DNA of 63,778 nucleotides, filler included, from Octopus bimaculoides (taxonomy: Eukaryota), in the NCBI RefSeq assembly GCF_001194135.2. It is 8 parts of 8 records of this genome, joined end to end, with 100 filler letters (N's around TTAATTAATTAA, not from the genome) between each part and the next. Parts side by side here need not be neighbours in the genome. Positions count along the whole stretch, not along the records: positions 33,920 to 56,062 come from NC_068984.1; 7 more parts are not named here. One strand, given 5' to 3'. Both the position numbers and the translations under genes were made by a program. Below the pieces are notes generated by a model, which was given only the letters and a program-made list of their open reading frames with translations, did no database searches and was not told the origin of the DNA. This document shows positions 33,966-47,706 of the stretch, one piece after another (the first letter of the stretch is position 1; the number at the start of each line of letters is the position of its first letter).

Positions 33966-35409
33966 TATAATATTTACTGAAGCTGACATTTAATATTTTG
34001 GTTGAAGATCAGAAATGAGAGACATTAAGTTCCGAAATGTGAAATGTCGGGTTTCGGCAAATTATATGAATACTCTACCATCAGTATCAAGTTCTCTATT
34101 TTCTTCTTTGTTTTTCCTTCCTGTTTACACTCACATGTTTGCCTACACACATACACACACACAGAAGCTCATAAAAATTATATACATTATAGGTGCAATA
34201 GTGGCTGTGTGGTAAGTAGCTTGCTTACCAACCACATGGTTCCGGGTTCAGTTCCACTGCGTGGCACCTTGGGCAAGTGGCTTCTACTATAGCCTCGGGC
34301 CGACCAAAGCCTTGTGAGTGGATTTGGTAGACGGAAACTGAAAGAAGCCCGTCGTATATATGTATATATATATATATATGTATGTGTGTTTGCGTGTCTG
34401 TGTTTGTCCTCCCACCATCGCTTGACAACCGATGGTGGTGTGTTTACGTCCCCATAACTTAGTGGTTCGGCAAAAAGAGACCGATAGAATAAGTACTAGN
34501 NNNNNNNNNNNNNNNNNNNNNNNNNNNNNNNNNNNNNNNNNNNNNNNNNNNNNNNNNNNNNNNNNNNNNNNNNNNNNNNNNNNNNNNNNNNNNNNNNNNN
34601 NNNNNNNNNNNNNNNNNNNNNNNNNNNNNNNNNNNNNNNNNNNNNNNNNNNNNNNNNNNNNNNNNNNNNNNNNNNNNNNNNNNNNNNNNNNNNNNNNNNN
34701 NNNNNNNNNNNNNNNNNNNNNNNNNNNNNNNNNNNNNNNNNNNNNNNNNNNNNNNNNNNNNNNNNNNNNNNNNNNNNNNNNNNNNNNNNNNNNNNNNNNN
34801 NNNNNNNNNNNNNNNNNNNNNNNNNNNNNNNNNNNNNNNNNNNNNNNNNNNNNNNNNNNNNNNNNNNNNNNNNNNNNNNNNNNNNNNNNNNNNNNNNNNN
34901 NNNNNNNNNNNNNNNNNNNNNNNNNNNNNNNNNNNNNNNNNNNNNNNNNNNNNNNNNNNNNNNNNNNNNNNNNNNNNNNNNNNNNNNNNNNNNNNNNNNN
35001 NNNNNNNNNNNNNNNNNNNNNNNNNNNNNNNNNNNNNNNNNNNNNNNNNNNNNNNNNNNNNNNNNNNNNNNNNNNNNNNNNNNNNNNNNNNNNNNNNNNN
35101 NNNNNNNNNNNNNNNNNNNNNNNNNNNNNNNNNNAATTGATTATTTAACCAACACATTAAACAAACAATCGATCAGTTGGAAGTTATTTGATTGAACCTC
35201 TTTCTCACTCCTCCACCACCACCAGAAGGATTAAAAGGCGAAGCTGACCTGAGTGGGATCGGAATTCAGAATTTAAAAAGGGATGTTAACTGGCACTCTA
35301 CTGGTTTTGCCATCCATCGTAGTTAAATTTTAAACAATAAATAGAATGATGAATAGATGATGAAGTGGTGAAAAAGATTTTGTAAATAACAGCAATGAAA
35401 TGAACTGCA

Positions 35410-35451
<42 letters not shown>

Positions 35452-36403
35452 GGTGGTGGTAATACCACCATCAACTGAGTCATTAAATTAGTATGCAACA
35501 CATTTATATTAATTATTTACCTGTTGCTATGTAGCCTCAGTGCCCCTTTTCACTAAATGACCCCTTGTGTTTTGCAAAATAAGCAAATAAATAAATAAAT
35601 AAATAAATAAATAAATAGGACATTTTAAAACAAATGGAAGCTAATTTTCAGCAGTGGTTGGTTATCTATATTTTCTTATACTGTCCCATCCAGCATATTC
35701 TACGTTTTAGATATTTGCATGAGCTTTTATGCCTTTTCAGCTAAATTTCTGTGAAAATAACTAAAGAAAGCAGGAAGTTATGTAATTATATTATTCTGGA
35801 TCCTTGGTACATTATCAGTCATGTTTCTGCTCAATACAACACAAATTTCTATTTATGATTTAATCCTGATAAAGATCGTTTGAAAATGTGCTTAAAATAT
35901 ATAAGTGGTCTTATGTGATCCCATGATCAACCAGACTATCAGACGTTGTTGTTACACATTGCTGGTCACAATGCACTTTACATCCTTTTAGCTTTCAAAT
36001 AATGCACCCTGCTGGTTAGGTGAGCAGGCCAACATCCAGCCTGATCAGTAAGCTCGGTGTCACAGGATTACCTATTTACAGCTGAGTGGACATGAAATGA
36101 AGTGTTTCGCTCAAGAGCACAATATGCTGCCAAGCCTGGGAATTGAGCCCAAGATCTAGTGATTGTGAGTATAACACTCTCATCACAAGGCCATGTGCCT
36201 AGTAGTAGGATATTGCATCATACCTGGCTTGAATATTTGGCGACCCCTGTTGTACTCTTTTGCCCCAACTTTCTCTCACTCTTTCTTCCTGTTTCTTGAG
36301 TAACGCTGCAATGGACTGGCATCCCGTCCAGCTGGGAGGAGCACATACGCCATAGAAACCGGGAAACCGGGCCCATGAGCCTTGCCAGGCTTTAAAAGGG
36401 TGC

Positions 36404-36434
<31 letters not shown>

Positions 36435-37192
36435 TAAAGCCAACCTATAGGTTCAATAAACCAGAGCTTATCCTTAAGCAACACAGAGTACAAAGCTTCT
36501 CACTGAACAGGGTGCCAGTTCACTACTGGGTTAACTGCATCCCAGCTGCAGGTACAAATTTCTAGCTGACGGAAATGGAGCAAAATAAATTTAAGTATCT
36601 TGCTTGAAGACAAAAACATGCCACCTAGCTTACGAATCGTACACACAACTTTATGATTATGAGCTTAACACCCAAACAACTTTGCCTGATACCTTACCAA
36701 CAACATTTGCCACCCAGAAATTCATGTAAACATCCACAGCAAAATCCACTCGTCTTATTGAAGTTGTAAAGATGACTAATTTTAAGCTAAATTTCATTTT
36801 CTAGTTAGCATTCTAAATGAGATCAAATTCTCCTTATGGATGGATGAGTTGTTCTAAAATTTACAAGCTTGAAACATGTATATATATATACCCCTCAGTA
36901 TTGGTCCGAAATAGGTAGTACATTTTTTTTATAGTTATACAACTGTTATCTTACCTAATAATTAACTAATACAACCCTGAAGTGTATCAAATCAAGGGAC
37001 CTCTAGAACTCATATAGAGTAATTTTGGAGTGTGGAAGGGGATACAGCAGAAAGATTTAGTACTTCTTAGGACCTACCTACTGACCCAGTCATATGTATG
37101 TGAAAGAGAGTTTGTATGTATATGCATGTGTGTTGTGTGTGGGTGGGTAGNNNNNNNNNNNNNNNNNNNNNNNNNNNNNNNNNNNGTGGGTG

Positions 37193-37229
<37 letters not shown>

Positions 37230-37949
37230 TATATGTTCTTTTATTTGTTTCAGTCATTTGACTGTGGCCATACTGGAGCACCACCTTTAGTCGAACAAAT
37301 CAACCCCAGGACTTATTCTTTGTAAGCCTAGTACTTATTTTATATATATATATATATATATATATCATCAGCATTATCATTTAACATCCGTTCTCTATGC
37401 TGGCATGGGTTGGACGATTTGAGATGAGCTGGCAAGCTGTAGAACTGCACCAGGCACCAAGTGTCTCTTTCAGAATGTTTCTATACCTGAATGCCCTTCC
37501 TAATGTCGACTACTTTACTACAGAGGGTGCTGGGTGCATTTTACATGGTACCAGCACAGGTGCTTTTTACATGGCACCTAGCATGGGTGCTTTTCATGAG
37601 CTACCAGCATTTGATACATATGATTCAGATAATTATGTAATAGACTTTTCATCTCTCATGCAAAATCTTTTTCAATTATAACCTATCAAAATATTTTAAT
37701 ATGTCTTGACTAAGGAAAAAATTTTGTGTAATAGACATAATTCCATTTCTATCTATTGCACAGTTATCTGAAAATGCATATTAATTGCATTCAAAATGTC
37801 ATTACTTGATTTGACTTCATTAATATACATTATACAACTCTGCCAGCACAAGCTAGCCAGTCCTAATTCCATGTGCATGGATGCTATAACTAGGATTTGG
37901 AGCAGTCTGTTCAATTCAACTTGAGTTGGGAATTCTGGTAACTTCTAAA

Positions 37950-38095
37950 CTTAACATGATGATGTAGTTTCCCATATTTTATAATATGCAAGAATCGATC
38001 TGGATATTGCATCAAAATGTTCATAGGTCATTTTCATTGTTATTATTATTATAATAAAGTATTTTCAATGGATCAGTTTTGAGCTCTCTTTAAAG

Positions 38096-38100
<5 letters not shown>
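37950..38100 (+). repeat. Solo arm fragment of the fold-back family at 62670-63386
   Basis: CCATATTTT..AATATGCA.GAATCGATCTGGATATTGCATC...TTAAAGTCGATATA matches 63285-63395. Confidence 0.75.
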
Positions 38101-38135
<35 letters not shown>

Positions 38136-38699
38136 AACACACACACATATATAGATAAGTAGATATAACAAATAGCTGTTTATGAAGCATGGGCTCAATA
38201 ATCCATTGTATAAAACAACTCTGTAATTTCTAAAACATGGTAAGAAGTTACATAGTTGTATAATCCTTTCTACAATAGGCACAAGGCCTGAAATTTTAGG
38301 GTGAGGGATAAAGTCAATTACATCGACCCCAGTACTTGACTGGTACTTAATTTATCAACCCTAAAAGGAAGAAAGGCAAAGGCAACATTGAAGGAATTTG
38401 TACACAGAATGTAAAGATGAACGAAATTCTGCAAAGCATTTTGCCAGCTCACCATCTTAACGATTTGCCAGCTTTCCACCTTACATAGTTATGTAATGAA
38501 TGAATGTATTAGTCTGCCACATAAACTGTAGATAACATGGTGGAAACAAAGACTTCAAATAGTTTTGTCAAATAATTATATCAAATGCAACAGAAAACTG
38601 TTATAGCCTTTTTTTTTTGTCTACAGATAATGGCATGCACTATTATAGTTCACTGAAGCACTCAAAAGAATTTACCACTTCTCTCATATATCTATATAT

Positions 38700-38960
38700 C
38701 TGGCTTAGTGGTTAGGGCGTTGCACTCATGACTGCAAGATCATGGTTTCAATTCCTAAACTGGGTGCTGTGTTATGTTCTTGAGCTAAAACATTTCATTT
38801 CACATTGCCCTGTAATCATTGCCCTGTACAGATAGAATTGACTGTGCAGGTAGAAATGAGCTTATGTCAACACAAACTATTGATCACTATAAACAAATCA
38901 TCTGTGTGGTTGTTCAGCAAGAAATTGCAGAACCCTCATACATCGTCTAACGACAGGAGA
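38700..38960 (+). mobile_element. tRNA-derived SINE (further family)
   Basis: Head TGGCTTAGTGGTTAGGGCGTTGCACTCATGACTGCAAGATCATGGTTTCAATTCC. Related minus-strand copies at about 36040-36200 and 42470-42600. Confidence 0.6.
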
Positions 38961-39539
38961 GTCCTTGTATGTGTATATACATATATGTGTGTGTTTGATG
39001 AATTCTCTTGTGAACAACAAATGAGGGTTCAGTAAAATATAACACTAATCATGTTCTAGGGACACGAATGTGTCTCTTCAAGCCTGATAGTGCTTTGCAA
39101 AGCTTTTGGCAAATGGAACAAGTTGAGGACTCAGTTTTCTTGAGTGGGCAGCAAGGCTTTCTTTGCATTGTGCCACAAAACTACACTGACAGGTAAGGTT
39201 TTCATTTAGTGGAGCAACATTTTGCCAGTGTACCTTCATGCCAGTTGGTACCGATGTTGGAGTTGACCTTGCTCAAATCCTTGAACTGAAGAGAAGCAAG
39301 ACTGGTGCTAGGTCCTGCATTCTGTTGTGTGTGTGTGTGTACACACATACATAAATATATCTATGTATGCATGAAGGTAGGTATATAACACTCATCAGTA
39401 TGATCAACATAAAATGGTTCAGTACCCTATAAATGAACTTCAGTTACTATGTCAAAAGTATCCAAAATGTTACAATACAAAGATATCAGAAGTGAATGAA
39501 TGCCAGTGATTTAGACTGTAGTATACTAGTGGCTTTCAT

Positions 39540-39840
39540 CATCATCATCATCATTTAATGTCCGCTTTCCATGCTAGCATGGGTTGGACGATTTGACTGA
39601 GGACTGGTGAACCGGATGGCTACACCAGGCTCCAATCTGATTTGGCAGAGTTTCTACAGCTGGATGCCCTTCCTAATGCCAACCACTCCGATAGTGTAGT
39701 GGGTGCTTTTACGTGCCACCGGCATGAAGGCCAGTCAGTGGGTACTGGCAATGGCCACACTCGAAATGGTGTATTTTACGTGCCACCTGCACAGGAGCCA
39801 GTCCAGCAGCACTGGCAACGATCTCGCTCGAATGTCTTTA
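39540..39840 (-). mobile_element. SINE family C 3' part with (GAT)n tail
   Basis: GGAAGGGCATCCAGCTGTAGAAAC...CCAACCCATGCTAGCATGGAAAGCGGAC motif, also at about 24550-24750, 37370-37600 and 41430-41700. Confidence 0.7.
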
Positions 39841-42800
39841 TACGTGTCTTTGGCTTTTGAAATTGGATTACCAGTAATTCAGACTGTAGAGTACCAATGC
39901 ACAGGATCACTACTGCTTTAGGCAGCAGTGTACTAGTGTGTATTATTGGTTTAAATGTCTATATCCTAGTGGTATAGCCACCAAGCTATTGGTTTCATTG
40001 AAGAGGAGTTCTAAATCCTAGCACAAAAACTGAATGCTCTGCACTATCTTTCCTCTGTGTCCAATACACCTGACAAATGATACAGATCTCTCATATATAA
40101 GCTTCACACAAAGAAAATTACCAAGAGAGAAAACTGGTAAGAAATGGATAATATTTGACTTTACAATGTCATATGATACATTGCAGCATTGAGAAAACAA
40201 AGTCATGCGAGGTCATCATGTGATTGGTTACTAAGCGAACTATTACTACTTTTTTTTTGTTGTTGTTGCTTGTTTTCAGAGGAAATGAGAAATGTCAGTG
40301 AGGTTCGCAATTATTTATGACAAGCTTAAAAGCTTATAAAAGAGACAAGGAGTTTGCGCGTGTGTAGATATATATATATATGAGAGGTCAATCGCTAAGC
40401 AGCAATACATCTGAGTATTACTAGATGTGGGTCTTTCCAGGATTTGAATATGTTTATGTCTACAACTATACTGAATTTGGTTCCACAAACAGATGTGGAC
40501 ATGTTAATAACTTTAAAAAACATAGGACACAGGCACAGGCATGGCTGTGTAGTAAGAAGCTTGCTTCCCAAACGCATGGTTCTGGGTTCAGTCTCATTGT
40601 GTGGCACCTTGGGCAAGTGTTTTCATTTTTACAGCTTTGTGCTGGCCAGAAATAAAAATAAGTTCATTGTGTGTGTGTGTGTGTGTNNNNNNNNNNNNNN
40701 NNNNNNNNNNNNNNNNNNNNNNNNNNNNNNNNNNNNNNNNNNNNNNNNNNNNNNNNNNNNNNNNNNNNNNNNNNNNNNNNNNNNNNNNNNNNNNNNNNNN
40801 NNNNNNNNNNNNNNNNNNNNNNNNNNNNNNNNNNNNNNNNNNNNNNNNNNNNNNNNNNNNNNNNNNNNNNNNNNNNNNNNNNNNNNNNNNNNNNNNNNNN
40901 NNNNNNNNNNNNNNNNNNNNNNNNNNNNNNNNNNNNNNNNNNNNNNNNNNNNNNNNNNNNNNNNNNNNNNNNNNNNNNNNNNNNNNNNNNNNNNNNNNNN
41001 NNNNNNNNNNNNNNNNNNNNNNNNNNNNNNNNNNNNNNNNNNNNNNNNNNNNNNNNNNNNNNNNNNNNNNNNNNNNNNNNNNNNNNNNNNNNNNNNNNNN
41101 NNNNNNNNNNNNNNNNNNNNNNNNNNNNNNNNNNNNNNNNNNNNNNNNNNNNNNNNNNNNNNNNNNNNNNNNNNNNNNNNNNNNNNNNNNNNNNNNNNNN
41201 NNNNNNNNNNNNNNNNNNNNNNNNNNNNNNNNNNNNNNNNNNNNNNNNNNNNNNNNNNNNNNNNNNNNNNNNNNNNNNNNNNNNNNNNNNNNNNNNNNNN
41301 NNNNNNNNNNNNNNNNNNNNNNNNNNNNNNNNNNNNNNNNNNNNNNNNNNNNNNNNNNNNNNNNNNNNNNNNNNNNNNNNNNNNNNNNNNNNNNNNNNNN
41401 NNNNNNNNNNNNNNNNNNNNNNNNNNNGCTACACCAGGTTCCAATCTGATTTGGCAGAGTTTCTACAGCTGGATGCTCTTCCTAATGCCAACCACTCCGA
41501 AAGTGTAGTGGGTGCTTTTACGTGCCACCAGCATGAAAGCCAGTCAGGTGGTACTGGCAACAGCCGCGCTCAAAATGATGTATTTTATGTGCCACCCACA
41601 CAAGGGCCAGTCCAGGGGCACTGGCAACGATCTCGCTCGAAAGTCCTTACACATGCCGCGGGCACAAGTGCCAAAAAGGCGACACTGGGTACAGGTGCCA
41701 TCACGATTTCGCTTTCACTTGCCCCAACAGGTCTTCACAAGCTGAGTTTCGTGTCAAGTGTGTGAATCTGAGAGAGGAATATGTTGAATAAAATCAATTA
41801 ATTGATCCTCCTGTATTTTCATTTACCCAAAGCCAAGAACTTTTCAGCACCCCCTTGTAAAACATTTAGTCCAACATCATAAAATATACACAAACTACAA
41901 AGTTGGATGGTTTTTCTCTGTTACTGCGTAGACAAGATGATGCAGACCACAACAAGCATCAAGATGCATCCAACCCATGCCAGCATGGTAAAACAAGCAA
42001 AGAATTTGAAGATGATGATGATTACCACAAAATGCCTTCAAGAATTCACATGTAACACCAGCAAATTGTCCTCTCGGCACAGATGTGAAGAGCAGTTGCC
42101 TTTATGGTCACATGACAAACTTTAGCAAAATCTGAAAGGATACAAACTCCGAATGATTCAAATCTTAAAATGCCAAAATAGAAAACTTATTATTTCCTGA
42201 AATGTCAGTAGAATATACTACACCAATGTAGCAAGCTGGTAGAACAGAGGAGAAATATATTTTGATGTTGTTGGAAATTAATGATATGCATTAGATAGAT
42301 AGGTAAAATACCCCGCTTCTGTCCATGAATGACCATGGGATTATACCTAGAAAGTTATTCTCTGGGGTACAAGTCCAGGCAAGGTTGTTTATGGAAAACC
42401 AGCAGTCACCCATGTATACCAGTTTCCCCTCTCCACACCACCAATGTTATCCAAGGAGATAGCAGTAGCCGATACAGCTTGGCACCATGGAGCAACATGA
42501 AATAAAGTATCTTACTCAAGAACACAACACACAACCCAGTCTAGGAATTGAACTCATTACCTCATGATTTTGAGCCCGACACTCTAACTACTGAGCCATG
42601 TAACTTCATAAAGTATAATAGATAGATATGTAACAAGAAGTAAGAGAATTTGTCTATGGTGTATTGTGATCAGGTTGAATACCAACAAACATGCATTACT
42701 GTTCAGTGAAAAGTAACTGAAATAGGATTTTATTCCAAGTATACAAAAGTGACCATTATTTACTTTATGCATCAACAGAATAATAACCTAATGTTCCATT

Positions 42801-43080
42801 TCTATAACTTGCTGTGAGATATATTTGAATGAAATTCCTCAACATTATTCTCCATTGTTTATGAAAGATTCTAACACATGACCAGAGCTAAATTAACAAA
42901 GATCTGAAGCATTTGTGGGTTGTTGAATAGTTTTTCAACAACAGTAAGATACTGAAGAATAACTGCAACTATTTTCTCTTGGCTCTTGAGGTTTCAATGA
43001 CCAGCAATAAATGGGGTAGAGAAGGGCAGAGAACAAACATCAGCAAAACAGCCTGCAACAATCTAACAATGATTTAAACA

Positions 43081-43400
43081 GTTGGATGTAGAGGGTTTGT
43101 AGGACACAGTGTGAGACGACTGCTGTTATCGTTAGGCCTAACTCATTGTAAGGTAAATACCACTTTGACCGATATCCAAAATACAGTGGAGAAGGCTAGC
43201 CATTGGATTTGGTTAAAAAGAGACGATGAGTGATGGCTAGAGAAATATTGAGCTTTGTTTTTAATAACCAGTTGATCTAGCAAGCGGGGCCTCATATCAG
43301 TGAGGTGGGGGCCGGTGCGCATTGATGCCGTCGAGAAGTAGGCCCCGAAATGGCGCGCATTCTCTCCTGATGACCCCATACACTTGCTGGCTTCCGGTAT
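43081..43400 (+). mobile_element. 3' end of an RLE-type (NeSL/HERO-like) non-LTR retrotransposon
   Basis: GCRGFVGHSVRRLLLSLGL...EKASHWIWLKRDDE* followed by a GC-rich 3' UTR. Confidence 0.65.
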
Positions 43401-45184
43401 GCGGAGTTCTCGACTGGTAGCACTTGCATGTGTGAGTTGTTTGCAAGACATGTAAAGGAAATATAGCAAGGCTGACTTTCATGGAAATGTAATTTTGACA
43501 CAATTTGTAAACTTGTGTCACCAGAACAACTGGATCAGACCAAATATTATTCCTCATATCAATATGATATATGACTTACTAACTGTATATCTAAAGACCT
43601 GAAATAATACATACTTAATTTATTTTAATATTTTAGTTACTGTATTTGAGTTGAAATACACTGCCTTTGTTTCCATTAGTTTTTAAAATAAAGAAGAATT
43701 TTGTAAAATAAATCTTGTCATTATTAAGCTGGTGTTTGGAACATAAATAAATCAAAGAAATTTTGATGGACAATTCTACTATAGAAGTTTATGCATTTGC
43801 TTTGCAAGATTAAATCATTTTAAAATAAGAAATTTATGTCATAGGACCAGGAGCAGCTTCAGGTGGGTCCATGTCAAAAGGTTCAAGATCCAAAAGAGTG
43901 TGAATATCTAACTCTTGATGGTCTTGTATGAGTGTTCAATATTTAGCCACATTCAATGTGTTATGTGATGCAAAGTTTAATGTCTCATGGGGCATCTTGA
44001 AAACAAAAGGTAACTTTTGGTGATAATTTGGCTTCGATGGGGGTTAGCATATATAATTTTCGAGTTTACAAAAGCAGGGGTATTTGTCTTAGGGTTAACA
44101 CAGAGGGAGGAGAATATGGTAGGGGAACGGATCAAGATAACTGGAATGTATACGTGTGTGTTGCTGGTGAGTGAACAGCAGATAGATAGATAGATAGACA
44201 GGTGGATGGAAAAGGGGCAGAAAATAGTAGAGGAGTGTTTCTTGTTTCAGTCAAATATAATATTTATGAAAATGAAGCAGCTTGTTTCAAGTGATTGATG
44301 AATCTTGGAGTTTGATTTAAATGATACACATTGAGACACAAGAAATACTGTTTGACAAGTAGGGGAAGACGAGTAATAAACAGTAAAAATTCATCAACCC
44401 CAAAAACATAAGAATGATTATAACTAAACAAATAAAATCGTAAAATGTTTAAGGATGTAATTACATTTTAACAATGAACTAACCTATTTATGCAACAAAA
44501 TATTTAATAGCTCACTGCTGAGTCAGGTGAGTTAACCTACAACTCAAAAATAGATTTACATTTGTTTTTAATGCAAAAAAATAAAATTTATGAAAATAAA
44601 AATAAAATACAAACAGGACATGAATAATGCAGGATATTAGAAGAACAAAATGATTATTTGAACTGTTTGGAAATGGTTGATTTGGTGGGGGGGGGGGGGG
44701 TNNNNNNNNNNCTTATTTGTGGGTTTTTATGTTTTATTTTTGTTTTCATTTTGTTCAAATAGTCTGTTTGATCTTTTTTATTTTTCTTGTCTATAATAAT
44801 CATGGAAGATGAGAACAAGGAAGAATGTATTTCATTAAATTAAAAGGCAACGAATATAATACAAATTTTCAATCAGTATAAACACAAAATAAATAGTTTG
44901 TTTGTTTGAGTTGGTAAAATTAAGTTAAGAGTACTTACAAGGTTTTTTATAGTTAATAAAAATGTCACAAGTAAATTGAGCGGTTTTCAGAATGCATATG
45001 AAATGCAGAGAAGGCACAAAGCCTACAATTCAATAGAAGGAAAAGGATTATGGGGAGGTGGGGGAAGGGGAAATGAAGTTATGCGATCCTTGTACCTGTA
45101 TCAAGGACACTAGGTGACAAAATAACTGATGTGAAATGGCAACAACCAGGAATCAAATTTAGTTTCAGATGATACTCTACCTTT

Positions 45185-47395
45185 TCAACACTGGACTAAT
45201 TTGGGAGTTGGAGTGAAAAAATACATAGCCATCAGTACAAGGTAGATTAGGAGGAGGGCTGATCCTTGGAAATAGTTACTGCGTCCATCTTGCAGTGTGT
45301 AGTTCATGACGATTACCGAGAAGATCACAGAAAACATATGAACATCACTGAAGATCATGTACAGTTTGAAGGAATAGATGAGATCAATGAGAATTAATAT
45401 GGGCACCTGCAGGAGACAACACTGAATAGCAGTGTTCATTGCAATCTCTATTCCCATGGCAACATTATTTTGTAATGCAAACTGGATACCGTTAACAATC
45501 TCTGGCAATTCAGGTAGAACTGCGATCAAGGTGACTCCGATAAAGTATTCAGACATGTGCAATGACTGCATCAGTGGTTGGATGTTATTGGCCATAATAT
45601 CAGCAAGTAGAGATATGAGAGCTGTAGAGGCAAACAAAATGAAGATACACTTCAGCCGGGACCACTGAGGAGAACCATGCTGGTGAGAACGATGGGACGA
45701 ACCTTCTTCAGCCATCTGATTGTAGAAGTCATGGTATACATGCCCAAAATGTGTTTTCATGCTGAAGATTAACCCAATGAAGTAAGAAATTGGAAGTAAA
45801 AGGGCGCATGTATAGACAAGAGGCTGGATGTGGTTGTCATAGAGGGTTGTGTCACCATCTAATCCAAACAAAGATTGGCTGCATTCTGAACACTGCATAC
45901 CGACAGAACCATTTGAGATCGTGCTTGAAGTACTGTTTATAGGAATCCAAGGTTCGACCTTCTCACACTTGGAACAATGGAGATCGCCATAGATAGCTGA
46001 AAACAAAGTAGGGGCAAATACACCAGCAACTGACACAAACAGCAATGAAGCCCCAACGCTTGTAGAACGGGGATTAAATCTTTGCGTTTGATATTTGAGA
46101 CCACCAATCACCATGCACAAACCGGGGATTAACAACATAGTAGCCAATATGGTACCAGCTACAGCAGACTTGACCAGTTCTGGATAACAAGCAGAATTTT
46201 GCTCCTGCCCCTTCTTGAGAGTGATTACGTAGAGTATAACTTCAACAATGGATCCGAAAGTAGCATTTAGTAAAGCTCCGACAGCGAAACTGCTCTGAGC
46301 TGATATACTGGTGATGCCGGCGCCTATGTAATAGGTGAGCGGCACGATACCAAATAATGCCATAAGGCATTTTACCACGGGGGATATCTTTTCTTGAGTA
46401 TCGGCTAATCCCAAAACTAAAGCTGCAATAACAAATAGCAACAAATTAACAAGAATAACATTCATACCGTCCACAGCATATTTGTAATAATAAATGTTCA
46501 CTGATTGATGTGTATACATGATAATTTCACCGTTCTGTTTCTTGCTGTTTGTAGGCATCACATTTGAATTACAGACGTCCACTTGTTCCGGAGGTAGGAA
46601 GAACAGTTTCTGAATAGTTTTGATATTTATTTTAGCAATGGGTATGGTCACTACAAGCAACCAGGTAATGATAACTATTACAGAATGGCAAACGAATAAA
46701 ACAGGCACTGCGATAATTAACCACAAATAAGTTTTCGGTTTAGTCCAGTACCTCCAGCGTTCCCTACTTAGTTGTTGAGCAGAAAAACTATTTGAAAGAA
46801 GGCTGGTTCTCTCATCACTTTCTTGATAGTTATCAGACAACTGTGAAGCTGTTACTTCACAAACTTCATCAGAATGTTCTAACGGAGGAGGTGTATCCAC
46901 TAAGTGTACAAAGTAGCCAAAGGGCCACAAAAAATAACGAGCCATCTTCATGCAGAAAAAGCCATATGATCGTCCGAAATATGTTAGAAACATGACTACT
47001 GAAGCTATAACATAGACTAAAGCAAGCCACCAGCCGATTAACAAAACATAAATTACATTGGTGGGCCTCAACGTTGAAACCCGCACGGGTAGACTCGGTT
47101 TGTTTACATCGGAGTAAAGATTTTGAACTATTTCGGAACGATTTTCGACAGGCCTCGTAGAAATATGACTCTTCCATTTTTTAAAACCAAACAAATAATT
47201 ATTTGTAATTCTATGCGCTTCTACATCATTTGGGACAATGATGAAAGCTTCATCTGTAGAATGCGATGTATGAAATTCATTATTCGTCATATTCATATGT
47301 CCAGTTGGACTAGGAGGGGCACTTCTATGGTGTGTTATTGGATTGGATTTTTCTCCGGCCAGAAAGGCAACTTCGAAATCTTCATCGATATCCAT
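45185..47395 (-). CDS. CAX: Type II cation/H+ exchanger (animal CAX / yeast Vnx1 group), single-exon CDS, 736 aa
   Basis: Long hydrophilic N-terminus, YccF-like segment (NVIYVLLIGWWLALVY...YFLWPFG), alpha-1 LNATFGSIVE, alpha-2 LPELPEIVNGI, Cys-rich loop and C-terminal DGRSNYFQG. Confidence 0.9.
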   Translation of the reverse strand: MDIDEDFEVAFLAGEKSNPITHHRSAPPSPTGHMNMTNNEFHTSHSTDEAFIIVPNDVEAHRITNNYLFGFKKWKSHISTRPVENRSEIVQNLYSDVNKPSLPVRVSTLRPTNVIYVLLIGWWLALVYVIASVVMFLTYFGRSYGFFCMKMARYFLWPFGYFVHLVDTPPPLEHSDEVCEVTASQLSDNYQESDERTSLLSNSFSAQQLSRERWRYWTKPKTYLWLIIAVPVLFVCHSVIVIITWLLVVTIPIAKINIKTIQKLFFLPPEQVDVCNSNVMPTNSKKQNGEIIMYTHQSVNIYYYKYAVDGMNVILVNLLLFVIAALVLGLADTQEKISPVVKCLMALFGIVPLTYYIGAGITSISAQSSFAVGALLNATFGSIVEVILYVITLKKGQEQNSACYPELVKSAVAGTILATMLLIPGLCMVIGGLKYQTQRFNPRSTSVGASLLFVSVAGVFAPTLFSAIYGDLHCSKCEKVEPWIPINSTSSTISNGSVGMQCSECSQSLFGLDGDTTLYDNHIQPLVYTCALLLPISYFIGLIFSMKTHFGHVYHDFYNQMAEEGSSHRSHQHGSPQWSRLKCIFILFASTALISLLADIMANNIQPLMQSLHMSEYFIGVTLIAVLPELPEIVNGIQFALQNNVAMGIEIAMNTAIQCCLLQVPILILIDLIYSFKLYMIFSDVHMFSVIFSVIVMNYTLQDGRSNYFQGSALLLIYLVLMAMYFFTPTPKLVQC

Positions 47396-47697
47396 GGTAA
47401 AGCGATTTTTTTTTTTTTTTTACCCTTTTTAGCGTGTTTGATTTAATGTCAACCAAAATAAATAAATCTCCGGTAGCTTAATCCAGTAGAAAATTAAAAG
47501 ATAGAGTTTATCAACTAAATTGACTTCACAGCCTTACTTACGGTCGGTAGTTGGTCCAAAATCTGGATGTATTTCTCATAAGAAAAAAAGTCGCTCATTG
47601 CAATGAGAGCTTTCGGTGGAATAAATAGTAAACACTGGCGGTCTTCCTCCTAAAGTCATTCAATGAAAGAGAAACTGATGAACAGTCGACAACTGGA

Positions 47698-47706
47698 TCA
47701 TGTGAC
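47698..47706 (-). promoter_or_regulatory. CLEAR/M-box-like E-box upstream of CAX
   Basis: GTCACATGA about 300 bp upstream of the ATG, just beyond a candidate 5' UTR exon whose donor is ACC|GTAAGT at 47542. Confidence 0.3.

Noticed and set aside
39060-39192. Possible exon ending CTGACAG|GTAAGG as WRNIP1 exon 2
   Set aside because: The only open frame shows no resemblance to the expected TTLAxxI/AAA+ sequence.
43330-43385. Hammerhead from CCCCGAAA...CTGATGACCCC
   Set aside because: Helix II strands are not complementary and no valid helix III/NUH could be formed.
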